This document shows positions 24,901 to 37,729 of a stretch of DNA of 64,000 bases, in pieces. The notes beneath the pieces were generated by a model. That model made no database searches and was not told where the DNA came from. It saw nothing but the letters and a program-made list of their open reading frames with translations. Each line of letters opens with the position of its first letter. The stretch's first letter is position 1. Origin of the DNA: Epiperipatus broadwayi (Eukaryota > Animalia > Onychophora); assembly GCA_028023455.1 (NCBI GenBank), contig JAQFVV010000002.1, positions 6,014,001-6,078,000 on the forward strand, given 5' to 3'. A program made the translations under genes and the position numbers.

Positions 24901-27608
24901 TTTTAATAGAAAACTTCCATTCTATTATTTTTTTACATATTATAAAAAATTTAAAGGAAGCAAAACTTAAATATATCACAATTAAATATATATCACAAAA
25001 CATGGATTTCGCAAAAAAAAAAAAAAAATTTCAGTAAATATTTTTTATAAGTATAATGAATTTGAACATATTATATAAAATAAAAAAATAAGCAAATAAA
25101 ATGAAAACATCTGTGCAATTGATTTTTAGTTATAACAGATAAATATTAGTGAAATTTAAAATGTAGTTAAGTCATATATTTTTGATAAACTTGTTCCTTT
25201 TTGGTTTAAATAAAAGTAATAATTTCATTTATATATATATGCTATTAGATTGTATGTAACAACACTTATTCACTCAAAATTATGGATTTAATACATCAAC
25301 AATTATAAATAAAAAATTTCTTCCTGCTTAGTAATTTACATACTAAAGAAAATACCAATACTTAATAGGGGGTTGAATCTAGATGAGATATATATAAATA
25401 ATGATGTTTAGATAAAATTAAAGTTAATAAAATGGGATGACATTTACAGAAGTAAATCACATATCTGACAAAAAATAGTCTTCCAATAAGAGAATATTGT
25501 ATTTGAAGTGTTATTAGCCTTAAAAAAGAATGTTGTGTTAACCATAGGCATGACAACTTATTTGATTTATGAATAATATGGCTGTAAAAATGATGGTGAT
25601 ATTGTGATTGAAATGAAGATACAACATTCACTGACCAGCTAACTTAATTTCTTAGGATTACTGAAATAGTCAACTAAATCCAAAGTAAATTTAAAATGTA
25701 AGTACTATAAAGAGTTAAGTACTAATTTATGTTAAGCTAGTATGTTTTAGAGTCTAATAATTCCTGCCACTTATTTCTAATAATAATTTAGAAAAACAGA
25801 AGATAAGGGCATGTAATTACATATGAAAAAGATTATAAAATATCGATTATTAAAAAAAGTTGAATCAACTTTTATATATACTTCTATTACATATATGATC
25901 AATTCTATTAAAATGTATAGTGACCAAGGATAATGATTAACACCCAAATCCTTCTACACAATATATGTTTGTTTCGTTCGATGACAATTTAATAATTTAG
26001 TATAATAATAGTAATAATTTATAAATTTATAGTTGTCATCTCTACAGTTTAGGCTCAAGAATCTATTATGGTATGAAGCTAAAAAAATTATGGCATGAAA
26101 GGCTAAGTTTTGTGTATCAAAGTAGCACATTATATTATAATGATAAATGTATAACAAAAATAGCCATGAAATAATGGCATCCCCATACCATAAATTTAAT
26201 TATGCCATTCTTTATTTTTATAACAGTTTTTATTATTTCCAGGTCTGCATATTTAAGAATATGATTATAATATACATCAAATAAATGTGGTTAAAGACTA
26301 CAACCCTGTTAACCACTACTTTTAACTTAAGCTACTCCATATTACATCTTCTTAATATGTCTTCTTGATAATTATAATCTTCTGATCCTTAATTATAAGA
26401 ATTAAGTGAGTTAATGTAATCAGAAGCCTTTAAACAATATATAAAATAGAAATAAAATTTGATGATATTCTTTAGTTGTTTCCATCAGTTTGCCATTTCC
26501 CATTTCATTTATATTTATATTTTCCTTTGAATTATACTAATATTGCTGGATTCAAAGTTAGAATAATTTTTCTAAAATTGCATCAATCTTTAAAATTTCT
26601 TATTTTGAATAGAAAGCAACAAATCTCTTTCAGTCTTTATACCAGTCGACTTTTGTCCAACTCTGTTGATATAAAATTATAATGAACCTCACTATTTTCA
26701 TCTCCAGTACATTTTTCTTTATATTTGGTGGATTTGTGTTGTGAATTCTCATGTGGTCCATTTTATTTTATTCTCAAGCACAAATGATTTGATGTTAAAA
26801 TCTTTCTGAAAATACCATCACATGGCTTTTTCTTGTACAGCCTTGAAAGACTTAATTTTATTATCCAAAATTAAACTCTTGATTTTTACATAACTAACAC
26901 CATATTAAGTTTGAAAAGTTCTAATATCTCTCATTCTTGGTTTAGATTTTTTTTCCAAGCTTTCTTATCATATTAAGTTTTTTGATTAGATGTTACATTT
27001 AATCTTTGCTAATCTTTTCGCTATAATTTCTACAGTCACACATAACAATCAATACACTTTTTCTTTTTGTTTTTTACATTTTATTTATTAGATATATGCT
27101 TTACCTTTTAGTTTGATACAGCTTTCCCTTTTACAGTTTTACAATTTTCAGATATTCTATCCATGTATATGATTATGTCATTGTCTTCAAAAATAACATT
27201 CACTTTTAATCCAATTAATAATGGTAGTGCTGTTTCCACTAGACTGAAGCTACACTTTTTATCTTGGAAGATCCTGCCAGCATATTATAATTCTCAATAT
27301 TTTCAAGACATGCAAGCCATGTCATTACGGTTGTAAATAATCAATTCACTAAGATGAAATCAGCTTTTTTTAACAAATCCATATTCAATAACAGTTGGTT
27401 AAATATAATTTTCTATGAAGTATGTGTCTTGATATAGTTTGGGTTATTAAATAAGTAAATATTTGATATAAGAGGATCATTAAGCTTATTACAAATATTT
27501 TAGTATCAAACAGAACCCTCACTTTTGAATCAATGCTCTTATCATCTACGAATAAGGAGATAAACATCACATAATCACAATTTCTTATGCTTGCTTCTTA
27601 ACTGTTAT

Positions 27609-27926
27609 TAAAACAGACAAAACTCTCTATACATATTGCCACTCAGTGGATGCCAGAAGACTTGTGCATAAAATCCCCCATTTAAGTCTCATAGTTTTGT
27701 AGCTAAATAGAGATACAAGATGGCTTCTGGAGGGTTGCATTAGATCCCAAGATCTAAGTGCAGTGCTCTCAGATCCAAGGCTCCTCACTGATGAAGGCCA
27801 CAAACCAGAAACTAGTCTGGAAATATTGGATGAGTAGGCACTAAATGGGGATTTTATGCACAAGCCTTCTGGCATCCATTGATTACTCTGGCTTGCACTG
27901 AATGGCAATATGTATAGAGAATTTTG
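27609..27926. mobile_element. Second, more decayed copy of the TTAA MITE at 665-1094, opposite orientation
   Basis: Same TIR text (ggatgccagaagacttgtgcataaaatcc / ggattttatgcacaagccttctggcatcc). The interior is the reverse complement of ~750-910. Confidence 0.85.
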
Positions 27927-28159
27927 AATGAAGAGATATAAATAAAATTAAAATATGACTTCAAATGTGACCTTTCTACTGTGACAAATCAGTATCTAAA
28001 TTAATTATATGATTTTATGTATACATATAGCAATATGTTTATACATATACATACAATAAGATTGTTTTTTGATATCTTTAAAAATTAATGTCTGTGATAA
28101 TATAAATTTAAATACATTTTATTTTAAGATCAGATACACCTGGCCTTTGTAAAGGTCTG

Positions 28160-30180
28160 TAGTTTTTTTTAATTGGTTGCTCTATCAAATTTTTTTTAAG
28201 ATTTAATATAAATTAAACAAAAGATTTTAAATGTGAAAATTGAGAGACTATTATTACAGCAAAATACAAAGTCTAGGTTTTCAGTCCTACTTTTATATTT
28301 TCTGGATATATATTTTGGTTTAAACAAATTTAAAGATTTTTCTCGTAATTTGAATTTGATAGCATTACCAACACATATTTTACTTTAATCAAATTAAACT
28401 GGTTTTATAATAGTTTTTTTGATTGGTTGTTTATGGAAAGGACATCTTTTTTAATTGGTTGATTTAGCAATTTTTTTTTTTTAAGATTTAATGTAAATTA
28501 AGCAAAAGATTTAATTATATAAATAAATGTGAGATATGTATATAGCCTGAAAGTCCAAAATTTTTGTAATTTAAACCCCTTTCCCCCCAATTTTGCAATT
28601 GCAAAATTTGACATATTTTTGTAATAGCTTTTTTAATTGATTGCCAATGCAAAGGATGTTGTTGTTTTTTTAATTGTTTTTTTAACAAATTTTTTTTTAA
28701 TATTTAATGTACATTAAACAAAAGGTTGTAATATTATGAAAATAAATGTAAGAATAAATATTTTAATATTATTAAATAAATGTGCAAAATGTACTCAGCC
28801 TGAAAGGCAGTCGTTACCTGAATGTGAATTTGACAGCATACTCTAAATAATAAAATTTACTTGGAGAGCCCTCTGAATAAAAAAAACATCCTGAATTTGT
28901 AATAACATTATTTAATATAGGGTATATGAGCGCAGACTTTCAGATGACCCATCACTCTCCACTCTATGTGGATATAAATATGATACTATAGTATCTATTT
29001 TTTTACGGTCACTAAATATTATATTTCAAACATGAATTTATGTCCTGTAACCACATTTGCTTAGCTATTTAAATACTATACCTATTCAGTTCTTTACTGT
29101 AGTTAAAAAAACAAATACTAATTTTTTTTTCTATTTTTTTTATTAACTGGATGCAAATACGATACTACAGCATCTATTTTTCCCTTTCATTAAATATCAC
29201 ATTTCAAACATGAATTTATGTACTATCACATTTTCATGATTTGAATACTATATCTCTGCAGTTCAAATCACATGTATTTATTTTCTTTCTGACCATTTTT
29301 TATTAATGGTGGAATTACTTCCTTTGTGTAAACATAATAATACACTAAGCAAAACTAAATGGAAATATGGTACTATAGCATCTATTTTTTTCCCTCCACA
29401 ATAAATATCACATTTCAAACATAAATTTATGTACTGTGATCACATTTTCTTTGTGATTTTAATACTACATCTCTCTAGTTTAAACCAAATGTATTATTCC
29501 AATGCAAATCTAGATTTACTGAGGGATCTGAATAAAACAATTCTTTTTTCTGATTTTTCAACATAATTAATATTATATAAATAAATTTCCAAATTTTAAT
29601 AGAGCTAAATTAAAATTTACATTTTTAAATATATCTGTTATATTTGCTAGCTTTGAGATTTCAATATATATATTTAACTGGAGCACCATATGAATAAAAA
29701 GTTAAACTTTTTTTTTTCTGATAGTCAGTTACAATTACTGAAATCATAAGTTTTTTTTTTAGCTTTATTAATAGTTACCATTTATTAATGTCAGAATTCA
29801 AAAAGGCTGATCATTTTTGCAATATTTTTTTTATTAAATATAATACTTGTAATATTTTTTAATTGGTTGCTTTAACAATTTTTCTTTTAAGATTTAATTT
29901 AAATATGATTTTTTATTAAACAGTGTTAATTTATAAAAGTTTGTTAACATTGCTAAGTATGTCATTCATCTGAATTATATTAGGGGATTGACAGATCTTG
30001 AAAGCATGGAGTATCTTAACGTTGAATTACAAACCAGTGTCTATGACTGTTTCTGCAGTTGAATGGGAATCTTTACCAGGAAATATATACTATATCTCTG
30101 TAGTTTAGAGCACATGTAATGATTTTTTTCCATTGTTTTTTATTTAATGGTAGAATTACTTTCTTCACATAAACATAATG
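28160..30180. repeat. Complex of degenerate interleaved direct repeats
   Basis: Unit A (ttttaattggttg...ttttaagatttaat) at ~28165, 28450, 28630 and 29855. Unit B (gatactatagcatctatttt...tttcaaacatgaatttatg...aatactat) at ~28981, 29160 and 29388, partial at 30088. Confidence 0.7.
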
Positions 30181-30789
30181 GTTATGATGTCATCGGACAA
30201 ACATTCATTTACCAATCAGACAACAGAAAAAACAGGGATTTATATATGAGATTTAATAAAACATATCTTTGTTATCTCAATATTGTGATTTAAAAGAAAA
30301 AAATGATGATGATAAAAATGTCTAAATGAAAAAAATTTACAAAATTCAGTTTATTCAGAGATAATCAATTAATATCTTATCAAAACATTAAAACTTTACA
30401 TAACTATAGATATAATCACTTCAAAATTTAATCCTGACTATCAATATAGTCAAATTCAAAATGTATAAAACTTAACTTGTTAATGAAAGTAAATATTTAT
30501 AATTTGCTCTTGCAGATTATATATTGACAAAAATATGTACAAAATTATTTGCATAGAATGAAAAAATAAAAATATAAAAAATTAACTTAAAATATGAAGA
30601 GTTTCAACAAAAAAATTTTGGCAGGTACTCATCTAAAAATGAGCAAATATTGTTTTGTAAATTGTAATGCTTAATGTTTTATATGATGCTGTTTGGAATA
30701 TAATAACTCCCATTACTTTACCAAATACTTTTAAGTATTAAAAAATTAAAAGCTGGAGATATAGACAATCATCTTCCAAAATATTTTAG

Positions 30790-31000
30790 CTTATTCAATA
30801 GTTATATGATTTGAAGAACACGTTACCTGAAATATAGACCAAAATTATATTGCTTTGAGGAAATTCATAATTACTGTCATGTGCAGAGATATGTTAGCAT
30901 TTAACAAATAGTTACATTTACATAACAGACCCAAATTAAATACAACTCTTGCAGAAAAAAATGATAAAATTGAAATCTCATTAACAAAATATAAAGCAGT
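30790..31000 (+). mobile_element. Possible hAT transposase C-terminal dimerization-domain remnant
   Basis: YDLKNTLPEI followed, after a frameshift, by YIALRKFIITVMCR resembles hAT TFPNxxIALRIxLTxPVTVASxER. Weak. Confidence 0.3.
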
Positions 31001-31744
31001 TTCACCTAAATAATATCTGGATTCTTTTGATATTTTAAAACATTGAATAAAATTTTTAATTTTTTTTTTTTTCTAATGATATAAAAAGGATCTTTCATTT
31101 TTCATTTTCACTATTTATTCTAAATTATTACAATTTTTTTAAAAATTTATGATGCAAATAATCTGTTAAAATAGAAATGTGATGCACTTAATTAATTAAA
31201 AATATATATAATGAAATAATTTGTATAATCAATACAACAATTATATTTTTTTCTATTTTGATTATAATTATTGTTGGTAGTAAATTTAGAAACGAGTATT
31301 CTTAGTATATTAATTACATTTAAATAAAAAGAAAAAGATCATGCCCATTTTGACATATTCATGGAATATTTCTAAAATATGATAATTAAACTGAGGTACA
31401 TAATGATGACATAAAAATTATGCATAAGAAAGATAATAAAGCTAAAAAAAAAATATTAAAAAAAAATGAAAATAAAATAATACATCTGAAGAATGAAATG
31501 TTATAGTTGTGCAGAAAAAAATTGAGATTCTATGTTAGGAATAATAAAGAAGTAATACACAAATTTTTAGTATCAATAAATAATATAATAATAGAAGATG
31601 TCTAACATATTGAATTTTAAAAGCATCATACAAAAAAATCTGACACTATTGTTTCACTGTAATTTCTTAAAATCTTATACAACCAACTAAAAAATAGAAT
31701 TTTCAATCAAGTAAATAAATTATAACATGGTTTTTGGAACTTAC

Positions 31745-31780
31745 CATATTAAGTATAAAGTGAAAGTCAGTCACACTTAC
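31745..31780 (-). other. Candidate recursive splice site (ratchet point) with 36-nt RS/micro-exon
   Basis: Minus strand reads tattc(t-run)aag|GTAAGTGTGACTGACTTTCACTTTATACTTAATATG|gtaagt. Open only in phase 0 (VSVTDFHFILNM). Confidence 0.4.
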
Positions 31781-32494
31781 CTTAAAAAAAAAAAAGAATA
31801 AATATATTAGCAATAAAATTTTATAATTATAAAATAATTTAAATATACTTTTATAAAGTATATTTAAAATTTTGATTAAATTACATAAGTGCAATGTAAA
31901 TACAATATTACAGAAAATATGTTTTCCAAAATTAAATTTAAATGAAACGTCTCTATTAATAAAATAATGTTCACTGATCAATCACTTATTAGAAACCACA
32001 TATAAATAAGTATTGCCATACTAACTGCAGAAAAGGAAGGGGGTTACATAGGAAAACAAAAAGTCAAAGTTTAGTGATGACTATTTAAAACAATTCATTA
32101 ACTACATACAAATCCACATATACTATAGTTTAATGTCTTTACTTTTTAAAAATTTTCAACATCTTGTCTAATTAAATTTTCTTTTGCAATCCATCCTCCA
32201 ACATATTTATCTATTGACAGCAATAAATATTGCACAACTTTAAACTGTTTTCAAATTAATCTTTATAATATAAATGAGGCCTGTCTTTTAGAATAAAATA
32301 CTTTTTTAGAAAGTCTGTAACTATTCATTTGCTTTATATGCCTGATTCAATAAAGATAGATCTTTATATTATTATTCTATATTATCATATTTATCAACCA
32401 AAAATCATAACTATTTATTTTATAATCTTATGATTGTATTTTTGAAACCTTATAGAAAATTCTTAAATAAATTCTATTTATTGGTTTTATGTCC

Positions 32495-32560
32495 TGCATG
32501 GTTTGGTGCAGTTGGTAGAGCGTCAGGATCAGGCAGTCCCAGGATCGATTCTGGCATTCA
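32495..32560 (+). mobile_element. tRNA-derived SINE head (Pol III A and B boxes)
   Basis: A-box-like TGGTGCAGTTGG at 32504 and B-box-like GGATCGATTC at 32542. No complete cloverleaf. Confidence 0.55.
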
Positions 32561-32730
32561 AATTTCTTATGAATTCTCAATCAATGAAGCCAAGTGCTTT
32601 TTTTTTTAATGCTATATCAATAAACATGTTTCATTTCCATAAAACAAATAGGGCAAAATAAAATCTTATATAGAATTAATTTATTTATATATAAATATAA
32701 GTATATTGCCTATAATGAACTTAATGTAAT

Positions 32731-32879
32731 TAGAGGGGATTTGAACAAAGACTTTCAAGAATGAAATGCATACATTGGAGATCATTTATCTTTTTTCACA
32801 TGTATGTGGTAATGTGTATTGGTTGTAAAGGATAGAGTCGCTGAAGGGAGTTTGAAAGTCTGTATTCAAATTCCCCCTA
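32731..32879. mobile_element. ~150-bp MITE with ~28-bp imperfect TIRs
   Basis: tagaggggatttgaacaaagactttcaa pairs with ttgaaagtctgtattcaaattcccccta. No clear TSD. Confidence 0.65.
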
Positions 32880-33366
32880 GATTAATTTATTATGGTGATT
32901 ATGACACTTAATGAAATATTCTATGTTTTAATACTTTAACACAGTAACATGTCTGCGGATTCGGTGTTGCACCTCTACATCCATGTCTGCTTTAATGTGA
33001 CTTTAAAAAATTGTCTAAATATTTAAAATAATTCACATTGTGAAGTTGATAAGCATACAAGCTCAAAGTTGCTGAAAGTTTATCTATTATTGCACTGGCT
33101 GATAAAGGACTATTTTTTTTAAACATTAATTACTAAACTGAGGATTTTTGAAAACAGCATTTGAAACATTAAAAATATTATGTAGATTTTTTGAATTGGT
33201 AGGAACATAACAATTACCGACATATTCTAAATCTAGAAGCCAAAAACTTTACATTTTTATGCTTTTAATCTATTCAAATTTACCACAATTCCATCAAACT
33301 CATATCACATCTTGTGCCATTTGCAAGTATTAGTAATTATACCGCACTTCAAACACTCGGTGAAGC

Positions 33367-33406
33367 TAGAAATATCAAAATTAAATATTTAATTTTGATA
33401 TTTCTA
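33367..33406. repeat. Perfect 40-bp AT-rich palindrome
   Basis: tagaaatatcaaaattaaat|atttaattttgatatttcta, with no spacer. Confidence 0.95.
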
Positions 33407-33559
33407 ACTTCAAGATCACTATTATAAAAATGAAAAACAAAGATAAAATAATACACACCCTCACACAGTTTTACAAATGTTTACATCTTTCAGGACCATG
33501 AATAACCTTTTTGGTTATTTCATCATATAGAAACTTTAAAACATGAATAGATCTTGCTG

Positions 33560-34030
33560 ATTAACTAAGTAATTTTAAATACTATAAGACACTTTTTGAT
33601 TGAGTTCGATACTTCGACAATTACTGATTTATAAATCATGGCATTGTTTCTAAAATTTTTCTTGTAGTTGTTTGAAAATAAATATATTTTTAATGGTTCT
33701 TGATTCTCTAAAATCACAATAAGCTTTTAACAGTCATTAATTTAAAATTGGAAGCAGCCTATTTATTAAATATTTCAAAATATTTGTAATATAATGGTTA
33801 ACAAGCACAATTTCTGTCCTCCATAAATAGATACAATAAAAGTATCTTTAAAATTACATGGCATAAATCCATATATTCAAAAAAAAAAAAAAATTCAACA
33901 ATTTTGAAATTAGCATATCACCACAACATTTTAAAACTTCAGATATCTCATTAGAATCTGGAGACTTTCTATTATCAAGATTACAAAAACCTATTTTAAC
34001 TTCAATAAGCTGATTATTTTTAATTAAATC
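33560..34030 (-). mobile_element. RTE-clade LINE fragment (linker and RT N-terminus)
   Basis: LDNRKSPDSNEISEVLKCCGDML (ORF 33854-34045) and YCDFRESRTIKNIFIFKQLQENFR resemble RTE QCGFRxxRSTxDMIFxxRQLQEK. Confidence 0.6.
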
Positions 34031-34339
34031 AGAATATATATACAAAAGCCTACAAATTATTACATAAAAAGTTTCACTGCAACGGATCAGTGTATTATTA
34101 ATTAAATTAGATAGGATGGATATTGTTAAAAGCTTTCATCTCAATTATTGTATCATTACTCAAAAAGTGATAAAAATATTTCACTTGTTCAAATCACTCC
34201 TAAATTAGCTTTAAAAAACGTATAATATATACTTATGGTACTTGCTATGTAATATATAACAGGAATTGTCGCAATGAAACAATCAATTTATCTGTTCTAC
34301 TTTATTTTAGGTAGATAATTTTTTTTTCCCAAAATGCAC

Positions 34340-34690
34340 ACTTACTTAACATGAAAATGATCCTAAGCAGTATTTCATAAATCAGCACTTTTATAGGCCT
34401 TCCAACAGTCAGAATAAATCATTGATCCCTCTTCCACATTGTTTGACCGCTTCCATTAAAGTTACTGCTGTTCTATCAATAATTGTCATGATAAAACACT
34501 CATTGGTCTCCCTACAAAAGCCACCAAACATCCACTGTTCAGGAAGAATTTGTCCAGATTGGTTTTTCCTTTTTGTGAAAAGGCTCTCATCAATTTCGAT
34601 GATTTTGTTAAGGCCTCCAATTTTACATTTTCTTGAAAATATAAAACAGCATTCATTTCAGTAGAAGGTAAATTCCAAATTGTCATCATT
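34340..34690 (-). mobile_element. Merlin (IS1595-family DDE) transposase fragment
   Basis: Minus frame KIGGLNKIIEIDESLFTKRKNQSGQILPEQWMFGGFCRETNECFIMTIIDRTAVTL, then after a frameshift VEEGSMIYSDCWKAY. These are the diagnostic EIDES, WxFGG and SDxWxAY motifs. Confidence 0.88.
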
Positions 34691-34904
34691 TTGTATTGTT
34701 TTTTTAAAAAAAAAAGAAATGGACTATTAATCAGGGAATTATAAAAATGAAATCAAAATTAAGAGTACTTTATTATAACTCTTCTCTTATACATTTGAAT
34801 GCAATTTTTTATATATAATTCCTCCTTTATTTTTTATTTATTTATATCATTATGATATAATTTTAAACTGAAACATGGATTTCTTTACAAAAACAAAATT
34901 TATA

Positions 34905-37677
34905 TAGTTAAAGTGGTTATACGAGTATAATTTCTCTTCGTATGTATTTACGATCAGGTGGAATTATGGTTTTAGACTTTTCTTTTATTATTCCAACATT
35001 TAATACTGCTGAATGTATTTTATTAACATTGAGACTTCCTAAATTTGTTCTTTCTATTTTGGCTATATATAGATCATGTACAAGTTGTGAATTTTGATGC
35101 CGAATTTGATACTTTATTGCCAATTTGGATCCAGAATCGGCTGTTTTAATAGGTGATCTAAATATTAATTTATAAAATAATGCTTATAAGTCTGCCATAG
35201 ATTATTTAAATTTACTTTATAGTTATGGATTTAGTCAAACACTTTATTTACTTACATGTATACCTCCCATGTCTCAATCTCTTTTGGATCATACTTTTAT
35301 TAGATTAAGTCGAGGATTGTTTTTTGATTCGTCTCTTTCTAAATTAATTCTTACAGATAATTTTGCTACTGAATTAAAAATCTTGAATTGTATGGATATT
35401 ATTAATGTTTGTGAATATAGTGAGAAATTATCTTTTTCTAAATTGAATTATTTATTATCTGTTCAGAATTGGGAAGAGATTTTTATGTTAGATAATGTTA
35501 ATGAGGCATTTTTGGAGTTCCAAGCTATTTGTTTAAATTTATTTGCTAAAGCGAAGTTTCATTTAAAATTGACTAGTAAAAACAGAAGATCGTCCTGGGT
35601 GACAGATACTATGGTATGCAAAATTAATCAAAGAAATGTATTGAAAGCTTTGGATGCCATATCAGACACTTTAAAAAAACTTAATGTTGAAATTAAATCT
35701 GAAATTTAGATATTATCAAGAATTTCTTAGTGATAAAAATATTTCTTTGAAATGGAGAACAATAATTTTTTTGATTCAAAAATCTGCTAATCATATTAAA
35801 TGTAATGAAAATTTAATTGAATTACGGAATAATAAAAATATTTAGCTGATTGGTTTAATGAGTATTTTACCAATTTATCGATGTATGATGTACCTGAACA
35901 GATTTTGTATTCTTATTCGTGTTTAAATTCCTTTTTATATTCTGATGTTTCTGAATCTCAGTTGTCTGTATTAATTGTTTAAAAAATATCAGTTCTTTTG
36001 GATTAGATGTTATAACACCTAAGATTCTTAAAAAAAATAAGGTAGCATTTTTACCTGTTTTGATTCATTAATTTAATTTATTTTTGCATTCTGTATCATT
36101 CCAGAATGTTTGAAAGTTAACGTTATTACTCCTGTTTATAAAAAGGGTGATTCTACTCTCATGGTTAATTATAGGTGAATTGCTATTATTTGTTTTTTTT
36201 AAATTATTGGAAATGATTGTTAAGGATCAAATGTTGTTGTTTCTGTTTAAAAATAAAATTTTATCTGACAATCAATATAATTTTCTTTCTGGTAGAAGTA
36301 TGTTAAATGCTTTAAAACATTATGTTCATTATTTAACATCTTCATTAGATCATGAACTTAAAACATTGGCTATTTATCTAAAGCATTAGATTCTGTTAAT
36401 CGTAATATTTTGATTAAGTCTTGCTATTTGTATGGTTTTCGTGATTCTATTGGTAGTTAGCTGGAGTGTTATTTAAAAGATAAAAAACGGTCAACTAATA
36501 TTTATGGTATTGTCAACGATGTGAACTTAATTAATTGTGGAGTTCCACAAGGTTCAGTACTTTGGTTCTCTATTGTTTTTAATTTATATTAATGATTTAT
36601 TTTCACTGAAATTACTTTCTAAAATTTTGGTTTTACTGATAATATTGCTTTATCCTATAATGCTGTTTCTTATAGTTGTATTGAAAAATTAGAGAATGAG
36701 GATTCGGACTCAGTTGGTAAATGGATGCATATAATTCATTGTTGGTAAATATGGATAAAACAAAAGGTATTCTTTTTTCTTATAAGCATATTTTTTTCTT
36801 TCTTAAGATTAAAATTTGTTGTAAGTATATTTTGCATTTTAATAATGTGTACTTGTAACAATATTCCTCTGGTAGATAATTTTTGTTATTTGGGAATATA
36901 TATTGACTCCAGATTGTCCTGGACAAATCATATTACCTATCTTTGTCAACGGTTACATATTTTAAATGTTTTATTATTTAGTTAAATTTCTTTTTAGGTT
37001 AGTTCTTATTTTTATTTATATTGCCTGTTATAAGAGTATTTTATCTTATAATATTATTTGAGGTAATATTTCTCCATATATTCTATCTTCTTTGCGCATT
37101 TTACAAAATTATACTTTGCGCATTATCTTTGGTAGATCTTGTTCCTTTTCTGTCAGAGATATTTATATTAAGTTTAGTTTATTTAATAAAAATTGCTATA
37201 CCAATATAGTTATTTTTGATATTTTTTTATGCTAAACTTTTTCGTCTTTCTGATAAATTTCAATTACCTTTATCAAATTTTTTTAAGAAATCTAGTAGAA
37301 GACAATATGTTTATTCTGGTTCAAAGTTATTTAATAAATTTATATATGAGTGTTCAATTGATTTGAATATTTCTCATGTATCTTTCAAAAAGTATTTATG
37401 ACAGTGGTTGTGTAGTAAGTATTAATTTTGGCATTTATTTATATTTATTTTATTTACTTAATTTATTTATTTATTTATTTTCTTAATTGTTCTTTTTGCT
37501 ATTTGAGTTTTTGGTTGTACTTTCATTTCATTTTCTTATTTTTTATTTAATTTGTTATTTTTACATGTAAATTCCACACACAAGATTTTTCTTGTTTGGA
37601 ATTTTCAAATAAGTGTTATGTACTTTGTTTTATTTCATAGAATAAATTGAATTGAATATTATTATTATTATTATTAT
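34905..37677 (+). mobile_element. 5'-truncated CR1/L2-group LINE (APE and RT), decayed
   Basis: ILAIYRS, LIGDLNIN, SLLDHTFI, ITPVYKKGD, LSKALDSVN, CGVPQGSV, LIYINDL, YLGIYIDSRLSW. The tail aataaattgaattgaat(att)n lies at ~37641-37677. Confidence 0.85.
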
Positions 37678-37729
37678 CTGCCGCTATTGCTATTACTGCT
37701 ACTACTACTACTACTTACATTATTTAAAA

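Noticed and set aside
32495-32570. tRNA gene
   Set aside because: A and B boxes are present but there is no acceptor or anticodon stem pairing. Treated as a SINE head.
34917-35123. Minus-strand 68-aa ORF
   Set aside because: Antisense to the CR1/L2 endonuclease region.
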